From assembly GCA_963748625.1 (NCBI GenBank), contig CAVVJT010000007.1, forward strand, positions 256,001-320,000: a stretch of 64,000 bases of DNA, written 5' to 3'. The position numbers were made by a program, and so were the translations under genes. The stretch comes from an uncultured Chloroflexia bacterium (lineage in GTDB: Bacteria > Chloroflexota > Limnocylindria > Limnocylindrales > CSP1-4). Below the pieces are notes generated by a model. The model searched no databases. It was not told the DNA's origin and was given only the letters and a program-made list of their open reading frames with translations. Shown piece after piece: positions 11,397-21,126 of this stretch; within the stretch, counting starts at the first letter, position 1, and every line of letters begins with the position of its first letter.

Positions 11397-12533
11397 TTAC
11401 CGGTCGACGCGGTAGCGCTCGATGAACCCCTCGTCGAGGACCCAGCCGAGGCCGGGGCCGGCAGGGAGCGGGAGTTCCCCGTCGACGAGCGCCGGACGGT
11501 TGGCAAGCATCTGCCAGAAGATCGGGTCGCGTGCGGGCGAGAACGCCTCGACGTAGGTGCCGTGCGGGACGGACGCCAGCAGGTGGCTGGCCACCTGCGC
11601 CTCCTCGTGGTGACCCACCTGGATGTCGAAGGCGCTCGCAAGGGCGGCGACCCGCCGCCACTCGGAGGGGCCGCCGCCCCACGAGGAGTCGTAGTTGCAG
11701 ACGTCGATCCCGCCGTTGAGCATCATCTCGCGCATGCCCACCCGGCTGATCTCGCTCTGGCCGGCTGCGACGTCCACGTTCCCGCGGAGACGGACGTCGC
11801 GCAGGCCGCGGAAGTCGGCGTGCCAGCGGGTCGGCTCCTCGAACCAGCGTGGCTCGATGCCCTCAGCGCGGATGGCGGCGAGGAACGCGAGGGCCTGCGG
11901 GACCGTGAAGCCCTGGTTGGCGTCCACGACGAACAGGAAGTCCTCACCTGCATGGCGGCGCGCGCGCACGAGGCGCGCCGCATCCTCGGCGGGCGAGCGT
12001 GCCCCCACCTTGAACTTCATCCCGACCATGCCGTGTTCGCCCTGGAAGAAGTCGATCTCCCGCTCGATCTCCTGCCCCTTCGCCGCCTCCGAGTCCGGGA
12101 TGTAGTAGCCGCCGATGCCGATCATCGGGACGCGGTCGCGGTAGCCCCCCCAGAGACGCCAGAGGGGCTGCCCGTACGCCTTGCCGACGGCGTCCCAGAC
12201 GGCCGTGTCGATGCACGCGATCGCCTGCATCGCGTACCAGCGCGGCCGGAGCTGATCGAAGGTCGCGGGCAGCATCGCCTCCCAGACGCGCTCGGTCTGG
12301 AGCGCATCGAGACCTATCACGCGCGGAGCAAGCTCCTCGTGCAGGATCTGCAGGATCGCCGACTGGAGCGGCTCGTCCTCGTCGGCGGTGTACGCCTCGC
12401 CCACGATCCCGTCGGCGGTGTGGATGCGCGTGATGATGGTGCAGCGGTTCCGCATCCGATAGTGGCTGCCCGCGTAGGTGAACGGCAGCGGCACGCGGAT
12501 GGGAACCGTCTCAATCCGCTCGATCCGCAGCAT
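11397..12533 (-). CDS. Mandelate racemase/muconate lactonizing enzyme family protein
   Basis: IDTAVWD, KFK, DANQG, WFEEP, AGQSE, GHHEE; GGAGG RBS before MLRIERIE. Confidence 0.92.
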   Translation of the reverse strand: MLRIERIETVPIRVPLPFTYAGSHYRMRNRCTIITRIHTADGIVGEAYTADEDEPLQSAILQILHEELAPRVIGLDALQTERVWEAMLPATFDQLRPRWYAMQAIACIDTAVWDAVGKAYGQPLWRLWGGYRDRVPMIGIGGYYIPDSEAAKGQEIEREIDFFQGEHGMVGMKFKVGARSPAEDAARLVRARRHAGEDFLFVVDANQGFTVPQALAFLAAIRAEGIEPRWFEEPTRWHADFRGLRDVRLRGNVDVAAGQSEISRVGMREMMLNGGIDVCNYDSSWGGGPSEWRRVAALASAFDIQVGHHEEAQVASHLLASVPHGTYVEAFSPARDPIFWQMLANRPALVDGELPLPAGPGLGWVLDEGFIERYRVDR

Positions 12534-12684
12534 CAGCCCTCCTCCAGGCAGTCCTGAGAAGCATTCCAGAGTCGTTTCCAGATGGCCGATCCTACGTGCG
12601 CCTGGACGGCGGGTCAACGGCGCTCACGGGCGGCTGCCGTTTGACCGCTCGGGCCTGTGCCGTGCACAATGCCGATGGGGCGGC

Positions 12685-12698
12685 TGGAAACGGTTGCA
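12685..12698. promoter_or_regulatory. Putative LacI-type operator in the divergent promoter region
   Basis: TGGAAACGGTTGCA is an imperfect palindrome with a central CG, typical of LacI operators. A half-matching copy (TGGAAACGACTCT, minus strand) lies at 12568-12580. Confidence 0.5.
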
Positions 12699-12775
12699 CC
12701 CTCGAACCCCGAGCCGACCGACGGTCCACGCGAGGGTCCCCGGCCCGATCCGGGAGCGGACAAGGAGAGCAACGC

Positions 12776-13754
12776 ATGACCAGCCCTCGAACGCCGGCAG
12801 ACCCGGCGACGCTCGCCCGCTGGTATCGCCAGATGGTCGAGATCCGCCTGTTCGAGGACAAGGTCCAGCAGTTGTTCCAGACAGGCCAGATCGAGGGGAC
12901 GACCCATCTGGCCCAGGGTCAGGAGGCCGTCTCCGTCGGCTCGATCTCGGCCATGGAGCCCGGCGACGTCCAGACGAACACCTACCGCGGCCATGGGGAG
13001 GCGCTCGCCTTGGGCATGGACCACGAGGTGGCCTTCGCCGAGCTCATGGGACGCAGCGCCGGTTGCTCCAAGGGCCTCGGCGGCTCCATGCACCTGATCG
13101 ACGTGTCGAAGGGGAACATCGGTGCCAACGCGATCGTTGGCGCCGGCCTGCCGATCGCCCTGGGTGCGGCGATGGCGTTCAGGGTCCGCAGCGAGGGACA
13201 CGTCGCGCTGACCTTCATCGGCGACGGCTCGACGAACATCGGCACCTTCCACGAGACGCTCAACATGGCGGCGGTGTGGAAGGCGCCGGTCGTGTTCATC
13301 GTCACCAACAACCTCTACGGCGAGTACTCGCCGATACGCACGACGACGCCGCTCGACGATCTCGCCCGGCGAGCCGATCCGTACGGCATGCCCGGGATCA
13401 TCGTGGACGGCCAGGATGTTGAGGCCGTGCACGCGGCCGTGACCTCCGCGATCGCGCGGGCGCGGGCCGGCGACGGGCCCAGCCTCCTCGAGATGAAGAC
13501 CTACCGCTATCGCGGCCACTCCCGGTCGGATCCGGCGAAGTACCGGCCCGCGGGCGAGCTCGACGCCTGGAAGGCCAGGGATCCGATCACGATCCTGGGT
13601 GGGCGCCTCGCCGCCGCCGGGATCCTCTCGGAGGCCGAGCAGGCCGCGATCCAGGATGACGACCCAGACCGCGATCGATGCGGCCGCCCAGCGTGCGGCC
13701 ACGTCCCCGTACCTCGAGCTCGAGGAGACCGCCGACTATGTCTACGCTCGCTGA
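12776..13754 (+). CDS. TPP-dependent 2-oxoacid/acetoin dehydrogenase E1 alpha subunit (apparent +1 frameshift near 13658)
   Basis: GQEA, YRGH, GGSMH, GDG...NN TPP motif, TYRYRGHS. The alternate frame from ~13658 gives TTQTAIDAAAQRAATSPYLELEETADYVYAR-stop. Confidence 0.9.
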
Positions 13755-14754
13755 CGCCCCGGCAGCCACGGCCGACAGCTCCGCCGTGGAGATGACCTAT
13801 CGCGACGCGATCAACGCCGCCCTGCACGACGAGATGGAGGCCGATCCGAGCGTCGTGCTCCTGGGCGAGGACGTGGACGCGAGCGGTGGTGTGTTCAAGA
13901 CCAACGAGGGCTTGCCGCAACGGTTCCCGGGCCGCGTCCTGACCACCCCGATCTGCGAGAACGGCTTCACCGGTGTCGCCCTCGGGATGTCGCTGCAGGG
14001 CCTGCGTCCGGTCGTCGAGTTCATGTTCGCCGACTTCCTGCCGACCGCCGGCGACCAGATCGTGAACCAGCTGCCCAAGTACCGGTTCATGTCCGGTGGA
14101 CAGTTCGCGGTGCCGGTCACGCTCCGGGTCATCTCCGGCGCGACCGGACGTTTCGGGACCCAGCACAGCGCCACGGGTGAATCGTGGTACATGTCGCTGC
14201 CGGGGCTGCGCGTCTGCGCCGCGTCCACGCCCGGCTCGGCCTACGCGCTCCTGCGGGCCGCGATCCGTGACCCCAATCCCGTCCTCTTCCATGAGCACAA
14301 GGGCCTCTACGGCCGCAAGGGACCCGTCGAGCGCGGCACGATCGCCGACCTGGGCAAGGCGCAGGTCGTCCGGTCAGGCGCTGACGTGACCATCCTGGCA
14401 ACACTGATGATGGTCGAGCGGGCCCTCGAGGCGGCCTCGATGCTGGCCGCGGAAGGGATCGACGCGGAGGTGGTCGACCTCCGCTGGGTCCGGCCGCTCG
14501 ACATGGCGACGGTCAGCGCCTCGGTCGGGAGAACCGGCCGGCTCGTGATCGCGGAGGAGCAGGTCCACGCCGGCGGCTGGGGAGCCACGGTCATCAGCGA
14601 GCTGGCCATGGCCGGCGTCAGCTGGCGATCGGCACCGCGCGCCGTCAGCCTGCCCGCGGACATCCCCATCGCGTACAGCCCGCCGCTCGAGGATGCCGCC
14701 CTGCCCACGGCGCTGTCCATCGCCGCCGCGGCCCGTGCCTCGGTGCGCGCGTGA
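13738..14754 (+). CDS. TPP-dependent dehydrogenase E1 beta subunit
   Basis: LGEDV, TPICE, RPVVEFMFADF, QHS, VVDLRWVRPLD. Confidence 0.93.
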   Translation: MSTLADAPAATADSSAVEMTYRDAINAALHDEMEADPSVVLLGEDVDASGGVFKTNEGLPQRFPGRVLTTPICENGFTGVALGMSLQGLRPVVEFMFADFLPTAGDQIVNQLPKYRFMSGGQFAVPVTLRVISGATGRFGTQHSATGESWYMSLPGLRVCAASTPGSAYALLRAAIRDPNPVLFHEHKGLYGRKGPVERGTIADLGKAQVVRSGADVTILATLMMVERALEAASMLAAEGIDAEVVDLRWVRPLDMATVSASVGRTGRLVIAEEQVHAGGWGATVISELAMAGVSWRSAPRAVSLPADIPIAYSPPLEDAALPTALSIAAAARASVRA

Positions 14755-15926
14755 GCGCCACCGGGGCCTCCTCGACCGGGGGCCGGCCGTTCGACCACAC
14801 CTCCCTCATCATCGACCGCATCGAGACGATCGCTGTCCGGATCCCGCTCAAGCGCCGCTTCTCGGGCAGCGCCTACTCGATGGTCAACCGGTGCACGATC
14901 GTGGTCCGGCTGCACACCGCGGACGGGATCGTCTCCGAGTCCTACAGCGGCGACACCGACGCGGAGCAGGACCTCATCGTGGGGATCATCCACGATGAGC
15001 TCGCGCCGGCGATCCTGGGGCGGAGCGCCACGGATCCCGAGGGCGCGTGGCATGCGATGGAACCAGCCACCAATGACATCCTCCGGGAGCGTGGATACGC
15101 GCTCCAGGCGATCGCGGCGCTCGACACGGCGATCTGGGACGTCTTCGCGCGTGCGCTCGGCGTGCCGCTCTACCGCGCGTGGGGCGCGACCACGGACTCC
15201 CTCCCGATCTCGATCATCGGTGGCTACTACCACCTCGAGGGAGATGCCCTGGGGGACACGATCCGGTCCTACGTGGACCGGGGCTTCGCCGGCTGCAAGT
15301 TCAAGGTCGGCGGGCGATCGCCTGCGGTCGACGCCGAGCGGGTGCGGATGGCCCGCGAGGCGGCCGGACCGGACTTCGCGCTGATGGTCGACGCCAACCA
15401 GGGCTACACGCGCGAGGAGGCGGTGGCCTTCGGGCAGCTGGTGCGCGACCTGAACATCCGCTGGTTCGAGGAGCCTGTGCGCTGGACGAACGACCGGCGC
15501 TGGATGCGCGACGTGCGGTACCAGACCGGCATCCCCGTCTGCGCGGGCCAGAGTGAGACCACGCTGCGGGGAATCCGAGACCTGGTCGTCGACGGGGCCA
15601 TCGACGTGTCCAACTTCGACGCTTCATGGGCGGGCGGTCCGACGATCTGGCGCAAGGCCGCCGGCATGAGTGCGACGTTCGGGGTCCAGCTGGGCCATCA
15701 CGAGGAGCCCCAGGTCTCCGCCCACCTGCTGGCCTCGGTGGCGGACCACACCTTCGTCGAGTGCTTCGACGAGGAGCGGGATCCACTGTTCTGGAACATC
15801 TCCGACTTCCCGACGCGGATCAGCGGCGGGCGGTACACGCTCCCGTCCGGCCCCGGCCTCGGGCTGGAGCTGGACTGGGACTACATCCGCGCGCACCAGA
15901 TTGGGACACGGGTCACCGCGCGATGA
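14751..15926 (+). CDS. Mandelate racemase/muconate lactonizing enzyme family protein (paralog of 11397-12533)
   Basis: LDTAIWD, KFK, DANQG, WFEEP, AGQSE, GHHEE. Confidence 0.92.
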   Translation: MSATGASSTGGRPFDHTSLIIDRIETIAVRIPLKRRFSGSAYSMVNRCTIVVRLHTADGIVSESYSGDTDAEQDLIVGIIHDELAPAILGRSATDPEGAWHAMEPATNDILRERGYALQAIAALDTAIWDVFARALGVPLYRAWGATTDSLPISIIGGYYHLEGDALGDTIRSYVDRGFAGCKFKVGGRSPAVDAERVRMAREAAGPDFALMVDANQGYTREEAVAFGQLVRDLNIRWFEEPVRWTNDRRWMRDVRYQTGIPVCAGQSETTLRGIRDLVVDGAIDVSNFDASWAGGPTIWRKAAGMSATFGVQLGHHEEPQVSAHLLASVADHTFVECFDEERDPLFWNISDFPTRISGGRYTLPSGPGLGLELDWDYIRAHQIGTRVTAR

Positions 15927-17185
15927 GCGATCCGGCCGCGGTGGCCGGCCGGCCAGGACCGCTTGCCGGACTTCGCGTAGTCGCCGTGGAGCAGTACGGC
16001 GCCGGGCCGTTCGGCTCGCTGTACCTCGCCGACCTCGGCGCCGAGGTGATCAAGGTCGAGGACCCGGGCTCGGCGGGCGACGTGAGCCGCTACATCCCGC
16101 CGGGGCAGGAGGGCGAGGACAGCCTCTTCTTCGAGGCCTTCAACCGCGGCAAGCGGAGCATCGCGCTGGATCTCAAGAACGCGGCTGGTCGAGCCGTGTT
16201 CGAGCGGCTCGTCGCGGATGCGGATGCGGTGCTCAGCAACCTCCGGGGCGACCAGCCGGAGCGCCTCAGGATCACGTACGACCACCTCGCACGCGTCAAT
16301 CCGCGGATCGTGTGCGTGGCCCTGACCGGGTACGGCCGCAGCGGCCCGGGGGCCACCCTGCCGGGGTATGACGCCCTCATCCAGGCGGAGGCGGGCTGGG
16401 CGGCGCTCACCGGCGACCCGGATGGGCCCCCGACGAAGAGTGGCCTCTCGCTCGCCGACTACATCGCCGGCCTGACAGCGGCCCTGGGCCTCCTGGCGGG
16501 TGTGCTGGACGCGCGCGCAACCGGTCGGGGGCGGGATCTCGACACCAGCCTGTACGACAGCGCGCTCGCAATGCTCAGCTACCCGGCCACGTGGTACCTG
16601 TCGTCGGGCGTCCGGACGACCCGCCTGCCGCTGTCCGCCCATCCCTCGGTCATCCCGTTCCAGTTCTTCCGGACAGGCGACGGCTATCTCGCCCTCGCCT
16701 GCCCGAAGGAGAAGTTCTTCACCGCCCTGGTCCAGGCGATGGACCTGCCGGGTGTCGGGGAGGATCCGCGCTACGCGACGTTCGCCGCCCGGGGCGACCA
16801 CCGCTCGGAGCTCCTCGACACGCTCGAGGCGAGGTTCCTGGAGCGCACCACGGCCGAGTGGCTCGAGCGCCTCAGGGGCGTCGTGCCGGTCGCGCCGGTG
16901 CGCTCCATGGAGGCGGCGCTCGACACCAGTGAGCTTGAGAGCAGGGGCATGCTCGCCGCGTACGAGCACCCGGTGTTCGGGACGGTCCGCTCGGTCGGGC
17001 TGCCGATCACGGTCGGCGAGTACGAGCCGCGGTACCGCCGGGGACCGAGGCTGGGCGAGGACACGGCGGCCGTCCTCGCACGCCTGGGGTATTCCACTGA
17101 CCAGGCCGCCGAGCTCGCTCGCGACGGCGCGTTCGGCACTCCCGGCGGGAGCGGAGGGGTCCCCTCGGAGGGCGCCGCGGTCTGA
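15923..17185 (+). CDS. Class III CoA-transferase (CaiB/BaiF family)
   Basis: GPLAGLRVV, AGPF...LADLGAEVIKVE, NRGKRS, GYD; ATGA overlap sets the start. Confidence 0.93.
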   Translation: MSDPAAVAGRPGPLAGLRVVAVEQYGAGPFGSLYLADLGAEVIKVEDPGSAGDVSRYIPPGQEGEDSLFFEAFNRGKRSIALDLKNAAGRAVFERLVADADAVLSNLRGDQPERLRITYDHLARVNPRIVCVALTGYGRSGPGATLPGYDALIQAEAGWAALTGDPDGPPTKSGLSLADYIAGLTAALGLLAGVLDARATGRGRDLDTSLYDSALAMLSYPATWYLSSGVRTTRLPLSAHPSVIPFQFFRTGDGYLALACPKEKFFTALVQAMDLPGVGEDPRYATFAARGDHRSELLDTLEARFLERTTAEWLERLRGVVPVAPVRSMEAALDTSELESRGMLAAYEHPVFGTVRSVGLPITVGEYEPRYRRGPRLGEDTAAVLARLGYSTDQAAELARDGAFGTPGGSGGVPSEGAAV

Positions 17186-17243
17186 CCGCTCCCGGGCGTG
17201 CCCGGCCGGTGTCGCCGCTCCTGCACGGCCTACCGGCCCGGGA

Positions 17244-18281
17244 TCACCGGGACCCGTCGACCGGCTGCGCTCCCGCGTCGCGGGCGGCGTCGACCATCGC
17301 GACCACATTCTCGATCGGGGTCCCGGCAGCGACCTCGCAGCCGGTGCCGAGCAGGAAGCGCCGGCCGCCGCTCGCGTCGATCGCCCGTCGCGCCATGGCC
17401 GCGACATCCGCCGGCCCGGCCCGGAAGATCGAGGTGGGGTTCAGGTTCCCGCGCAGGCCGACGGCGGGTCCCGCCAGTGCCCGAGCCTCATCGAGCGGCA
17501 CGGGCGTGTCGAGGTCCAGGACATCGAGCCCGGTGGCCACGAGGTCCGGAATGATGGGCCGGATGTCCCCGCACACGTGCATCAGGACGGCTCCCGCTCC
17601 GTCGGCATGGAGACGCCGGATCATCTCGGTGTGGACGGGCTGCGCGAACCGGCGGTACATCGCGGGCGAGATGGAGCTCGGAGATGACAGGGCGTCGCCC
17701 AGCATGATCGCCTGACCCCCCGCCCGAACGAGCTCCGCCGCGAACACGACCGCCACCTCGGCGCAGAATGCGAACAGGTCGGCGGCGAACGCTGGGGCGT
17801 CGATCAGGTCGATCAGCAGTTGCTCGCCGCCCCGAAGCTGGCTCGCCATCGACAACGGCCCTCGGATGTTGGGCACGATCAGCACCGAGTCTCCGACGCT
17901 GCGCGCGAGGGTGCGGGTGGCGTCGAGGAACACGGGAAGCCGGCCATCCGAGCGCGGGTCGGGAACTTTGAGGCGCCGCAGGTCGGCAGGCTCGGTCAGG
18001 ACCGGCGCAACGACGCGGGGGAGCTCGTCGAACGGCTGCTCGACGGGCGCGCCCACGGCCTCGGCCTCGACCGTCACGTTCAGCGAGACGTGGATGGCGT
18101 CGTACCCGGCGCGCTGCTGCGCCGAGAGCAGGCAGTCGGCCATGATGGCGGGATCCGCCGCGAACCGCGAGACGGGGACCCCGGCCCAGCGCGCGGCTGC
18201 CGACACGACCATCGGGAACACGGGGACGCGATCGACCTGGTCGCCGGCCAGCGAGGCCAGGATCCGCTGCCTGGGGTTCAC
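17244..18281 (-). CDS. Uroporphyrinogen decarboxylase-fold protein, MtaA/CmuA-like Zn-dependent methyltransferase
   Basis: DRVPVFP, VEAEAVG, GRLPV, GPLS, HVCG, GNLNP and GTGCEV (HxC...C Zn ligands). Confidence 0.8.
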   Translation of the reverse strand: MNPRQRILASLAGDQVDRVPVFPMVVSAAARWAGVPVSRFAADPAIMADCLLSAQQRAGYDAIHVSLNVTVEAEAVGAPVEQPFDELPRVVAPVLTEPADLRRLKVPDPRSDGRLPVFLDATRTLARSVGDSVLIVPNIRGPLSMASQLRGGEQLLIDLIDAPAFAADLFAFCAEVAVVFAAELVRAGGQAIMLGDALSSPSSISPAMYRRFAQPVHTEMIRRLHADGAGAVLMHVCGDIRPIIPDLVATGLDVLDLDTPVPLDEARALAGPAVGLRGNLNPTSIFRAGPADVAAMARRAIDASGGRRFLLGTGCEVAAGTPIENVVAMVDAARDAGAQPVDGSR

Positions 18282-18314
18282 CGTCGTGGCTCCTCGCGTG
18301 ACCGGGGGCGCCGG

Positions 18315-18926
18315 TCAGCCGTGCGGTCGGTGCCGGGATGCCTCTTCGATACGGGCGCACTCCACCCGGGCGCTGAACTCCACGTTCGAGTAGTGCGCCA
18401 TCGTCTCCTCGAGCGTCGGCCCGGCGACATGGACGGTCCCATCGGGCTCGATGAGCAGGACATGCTTCATGCCGTTTGCGGCCGCCGTCTCGCGGGCGGT
18501 GGCGAGGGTGGCGGCCAGCCGCGGTCCGGCGAGAGCGCCTTCCTCCACGATGTGGTCGTCCAGGCGCGTGACGCCGCGCTTGCGCATCATGCTCGTGGCG
18601 TCCGGCATGGCACAGCCCTCGGCCAGCAGGGAGCGGAGATGGCGCGACGGGCCGGACACCGCGGCCACAAACTCAGGCCAAGCTGCGTACAACGCCCGGT
18701 GCAGCGCGTGGACGTCCGGATCGGCCGGCTCCGGTGGCGCCTCGAGGTCCCCATCTGCCAGCAGGCACGCCAGCGCCGTGGTCTCGTCGAGGCAGCGCAT
18801 CCCGTCCGGGGTGCGGCAGCTGATGGCGAAGCGCTCCAGGGTCACGAACTCGCTCTCGAACAGCCGTTCGAAGATGGTAACCAGGCTCGCGGTAGCGGCA
18901 GCCGGCACCTTCGGCGCGGCGCTCAC
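18315..18926 (-). CDS. Degenerate class II aldolase/adducin-fold protein
   Basis: HRALYAAWPE and VLLIEPDGTVHVAGPTLEE resemble the class II aldolase fold, but the HxH Zn motif is missing. Coupled by overlap to 18923-19573. Confidence 0.55.
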   Translation of the reverse strand: MSAAPKVPAAATASLVTIFERLFESEFVTLERFAISCRTPDGMRCLDETTALACLLADGDLEAPPEPADPDVHALHRALYAAWPEFVAAVSGPSRHLRSLLAEGCAMPDATSMMRKRGVTRLDDHIVEEGALAGPRLAATLATARETAAANGMKHVLLIEPDGTVHVAGPTLEETMAHYSNVEFSARVECARIEEASRHRPHG

Positions 18927-19573
18927 GCCCGACTCCCGACCCGGGCGACCCGGAGGCGGTCGCGAAGACGCTGCTCCTCCAGGCGCTGCCGGAGCACGTC
19001 GACAGCCCGGACGTTGGCCGACACGTCGCGGGCCACGGAGACCACGCCGTGGCCCGGGGAGATCGAGACGGCCCCGGCGGCGCGGGGGACCCCACGCAGA
19101 AGCGCCTCGACGCGCGAATCATGGGCTTCCGTCTGCGCCGGCAGGCCGGGCTCCAGCAGGCAGAGCGCCACGCCGAGCTCGTCCGCGGAGCCATGTACGA
19201 CCCCGGGTTCCCAGCGGCCGGCGGCGGCCGCGCCGAGCGCCTCGGGCAGGTGCAGGTGGAACACCGAGCCGACGTCGTCGAAGGCGCGGTACAGCCGGAG
19301 GTGGAGCGACGTCTCCCGGGAGACTCGCGCAGGGTCCCCGGCCACGACACCGCCGGCGAGATCGTGGACGACCGTGTCCTCGGCCGCCAGGCGCCAGCCG
19401 TCGTTCTCCGACGCCTTCGTCGGGGTGACGATGACGACATCGCCGATGCGCAGGCTCATGTTGCCGCCCTGCAGCTCGGTCAACCGCCGATCGTAGAGGA
19501 GGTATGCCACCCGGGCCAGGATGGTGCGCGCCGCCGCGAGCTGCGCGTCCGTCACGCCGATCAGGGTCTCCAC
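18923..19573 (-). CDS. Class II aldolase/adducin family protein (FucA/AraD-like)
   Basis: GGNMSLR, VTPT, SRETSLHLRLY, VFHLH, HGVV. Confidence 0.88.
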   Translation of the reverse strand: METLIGVTDAQLAAARTILARVAYLLYDRRLTELQGGNMSLRIGDVVIVTPTKASENDGWRLAAEDTVVHDLAGGVVAGDPARVSRETSLHLRLYRAFDDVGSVFHLHLPEALGAAAAGRWEPGVVHGSADELGVALCLLEPGLPAQTEAHDSRVEALLRGVPRAAGAVSISPGHGVVSVARDVSANVRAVDVLRQRLEEQRLRDRLRVARVGSRA

Positions 19574-20940
19574 GGGCCTAGTGTATCGATGGGCCACCAC
19601 GTCCGGGAAACCGGATTGGCGAAGCGGCGGCAGGCCGCGGCCAGTGACGACCCGCGCAGGGCGATCGCGGCCAGCCGCAGCGCGCCGATGCCCGAGGCCT
19701 CGTCCGACGCGAGGGTCGACACCGGCCGGCCGAGCAGGGTCGCCTTCAGCTGAAGCCCCCGGGCATGGGCTGCGCCGCCGCCGGCCGCCACGATCCGATC
19801 GACGCTCCCACCTGCGGCCGTCCACGCGTCCGCGTACTGGCGGAGGACGCCGGCGCAACCCTCGAGCAAGCCCTGGAGCACCTCGCCGGGCGGGGTGCCC
19901 GCCTCGATCGCCGCCCGCACCGCGTCGCCATCAGGGCGAACCAGGCGGCCCGTCGGGACGTCGGTGACGTCGTCCATCAGCATCTGGAGCCCGTGCGGGA
20001 CGGCGGCCTCCACGTCCGACAGCAAGTGGCCGAGCGGGACGCGAGAGTAGCTCAGGTAGCGGTCGTCGAGCAGGTATCGATGCGTCAGGCCACCGACGGC
20101 CTCGGCAGCCGACCTCGTGGCAGCAAGGTCACCGACCCCGGCAAGGTGCTCGTACGTGCCGGCGATGTTCACCAGGCGGTGCTCCTCCGGGTCACTCGCG
20201 CCGAGGAACGCGCAGCAGTTGTCCATCCCGCCCAGGACCACCCGCGCGCCGGTGGCCAGGCCCAACGCCGCAGCGGGGGCGGGGAGGACGGACCACGATG
20301 CCGTGGACGGGCGGATCGCCGGGAGGACATCCGCTGGCAGGTCGGCGGCCGCGAGGATCTTCTGGCTCCACGAGGACGTCGCAAGGTCCATCAGCATCGT
20401 GCGCGACGCCCACGATGGATCCTCCGCGTCGGCTCCGCACAGCCGCTCCACGAGGAAGCCGCGGAGCGAGCGGAACCGGTGCACCCGAGCCATGAGCTCC
20501 GGGTGGGTCTCCCGCCACCACAGCCAGTGGAGGAGGAAGGACGGCGTCCGCGGGTCCTGGCCGGTGATGTCGAGGAGGTCGTCGGCCGACAGCGCGACCC
20601 GGTCCATGAGGCCGGGGTGCCTTGTCGGCCGGATGTCTCCCGGGGCCAGGGCCGGACCCAGCGGGCGTCCCTCGCGGTCGACGGGCACCATCGCCGTGCC
20701 GAGGCAGGAGACGACAACAGTGTCGACAGGATCGTCGGGGTGCGCCGCCGCCAGCCCAGCCAGGAGCGACGTGGCTGCGGCCAGCATCGCGTCCGCTGGA
20801 AACGCCAGCTGCCCGGCGGCCTCGGCGAGCACTGGCGTCGGCACGCCGTGCACCGCCGTGATCCCGCCGGCCCAACCCGCGAGCACAGCCTTCATGCGCG
20901 ACGTCCCGATGTCCAGCGCAGCAACGCTCACGGCGTCCAC
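19561..20940 (-). CDS. FGGY family carbohydrate kinase
   Basis: ALDIGTSRMKA, ASRTMLMD, GGMDN, AGGGA. Confidence 0.9.
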   Translation of the reverse strand: MDAVSVAALDIGTSRMKAVLAGWAGGITAVHGVPTPVLAEAAGQLAFPADAMLAAATSLLAGLAAAHPDDPVDTVVVSCLGTAMVPVDREGRPLGPALAPGDIRPTRHPGLMDRVALSADDLLDITGQDPRTPSFLLHWLWWRETHPELMARVHRFRSLRGFLVERLCGADAEDPSWASRTMLMDLATSSWSQKILAAADLPADVLPAIRPSTASWSVLPAPAAALGLATGARVVLGGMDNCCAFLGASDPEEHRLVNIAGTYEHLAGVGDLAATRSAAEAVGGLTHRYLLDDRYLSYSRVPLGHLLSDVEAAVPHGLQMLMDDVTDVPTGRLVRPDGDAVRAAIEAGTPPGEVLQGLLEGCAGVLRQYADAWTAAGGSVDRIVAAGGGAAHARGLQLKATLLGRPVSTLASDEASGIGALRLAAIALRGSSLAAACRRFANPVSRTWWPIDTLGPWRP

Positions 20941-21126
20941 CCACCTGCCGGGGCGTCATGGTGGGCCGTTGCGCTCCCCGCCGCCGACCGGAGCCCGGGC
21001 CTCATCCTACTGGGCCTGCTTCCGCGACGCTGCCCGGCGGGCGCGGGCCGCGCTTGCGGTGCGGCGACCTTTCGCCGCGTTCCAGCGGGGTAGGCGCCAC
21101 GGGTCCCGGCCGGTAGACTTCAGACC

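Noticed and set aside
17244-18281. Heme biosynthesis hemE
   Set aside because: It lacks the HemE W-x-MRQAGR motif, has HxC...C Zn ligands and sits among sugar genes.
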